The translations under genes and the position numbers were made by a program. This document shows positions 63,123-64,000 of a stretch of DNA of 64,000 bases, piece by piece (positions within the stretch are counted from its first letter, which is position 1; each line of letters begins with the position of its first letter). This stretch comes from Mustelus asterias (taxonomy: Eukaryota): the NCBI RefSeq assembly GCF_964213995.1, contig NC_135811.1, positions 77,190,001 to 77,254,000 on the forward strand, in the 5' to 3' direction. The notes below the pieces were generated by a model. It worked only from the letters and a program-made list of their open reading frames with translations, was not told the origin of the DNA and did no database searches.

Positions 63123-63712
63123 GCAAAAAGTTTGAATTCTGAAACTTTGAAATGTTATTGATATGAGTTTATTCTGAGCACCTTGAATGAGTGCTTTAAG
63201 TTCAAGCGTCCTGAAAGGCAAGTTGCTGGGCGACGATCTCATGATGTGGTCTGAGGCCTTGTGAGAGGTGCAGGAGTGGAGTGTACAAATCCCAGTGCCA
63301 CCAAGTGAAGGTGGTGCTGCAGAAACAGAGCAGTGGGACTCAGAAGTTTGGCACTGGAGCGGGAGCTGAGGGCAGGCCGCAGATTACATCCAGTCGAGAC
63401 TTTGACAATTTTTGGCAGTTCTGCAAGAGTGGGACCAATTTACTGTGTTCGTTTTCGAAAGGTAATTATGGGTGGGCTGGGGGTTGGCGCCAGGCTGAAT
63501 GTTCAGCTTAGGGTGGCAAATACACATGCCCCATCCCTGGATAGTAGTAGGAATTCAAATGGGGTATTGGTTCATGTACGACAGCTGATTCCATACTTGC
63601 AGATCATGTTATTTAGCAGAAGCACGTAAATAAGATAAACCACAGGACTTGGAACAGGGAAATTAAAGCAAGGCAATAATTGACATAAAGTGTCCAGTAT
63701 GAGTGTGAAACC

Positions 63713-63960
63713 AATTACTGCCTGTGCCACGGGAAGGTGAGGGCAGGAATGGAGTGAGGTGGAGGATGAATGTGTGGCTGAGGGACTGGTGCAGGGGGCA
63801 GGGATTCAGGTTCCTGGACCATTGGGACCTCTTTAGGGGCAGGGGTGATCTGTATACAAAAAACGGGTGGAACTTGAATCACACGGGGACCAATATCCTG
63901 GCCGATAGGTTGGCTAAGGCTACTGGGGAGAATTTAAACTAGATAGGTTGGGGGGAGGGG
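63713..63960 (+). mobile_element. CR1 ORF1 SGNH-esterase domain fragment
   Basis: LLPVPR...MNVWLRDWCRGQGFRFLDHWDLF..RGDLY..NG.NLN..GTNILA. Confidence 0.85.
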
Positions 63961-64000
63961 AGCTAGAAGAGTTGACTAGGATCAAGGAACTAATTGATGG

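Overview
Repeat-dense vertebrate genomic DNA, almost certainly from a shark (inference from abundant HE1-type V-SINEs, HER1/CR1 LINE ends, Deu-domain SINEs, Penelope ends and Tx1/Rex1/RTE fragments). No intact host protein-coding gene could be identified. Nearly all listed ORFs are SINE/LINE artefacts, and only weak candidate exons are seen on the minus strand. Main results: (1) a decayed Gypsy-type LTR element (43000-47168, minus) keeps its LTRs, PBS, PPT, gag start and integrase tail, but its gag-pol core is replaced by an octapeptide minisatellite and an intronless fragment matching the C-terminal coiled coil (alphaC-end) of the meiotic synaptonemal complex protein SYCP1. (2) One young CR1 RNA appears to have been integrated as two abutting pieces in opposite orientation about 230 bp apart, with a 63-bp locally templated patch at the 5' junction (split twin priming). 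(3) Minimal hammerhead ribozymes occur in Penelope termini. (4) SINEs share one head but carry tails from different LINE partners. All family and protein assignments come from manual translation and remembered motifs; no database search was run. Repeat boundaries are approximate unless a target-site duplication is given.
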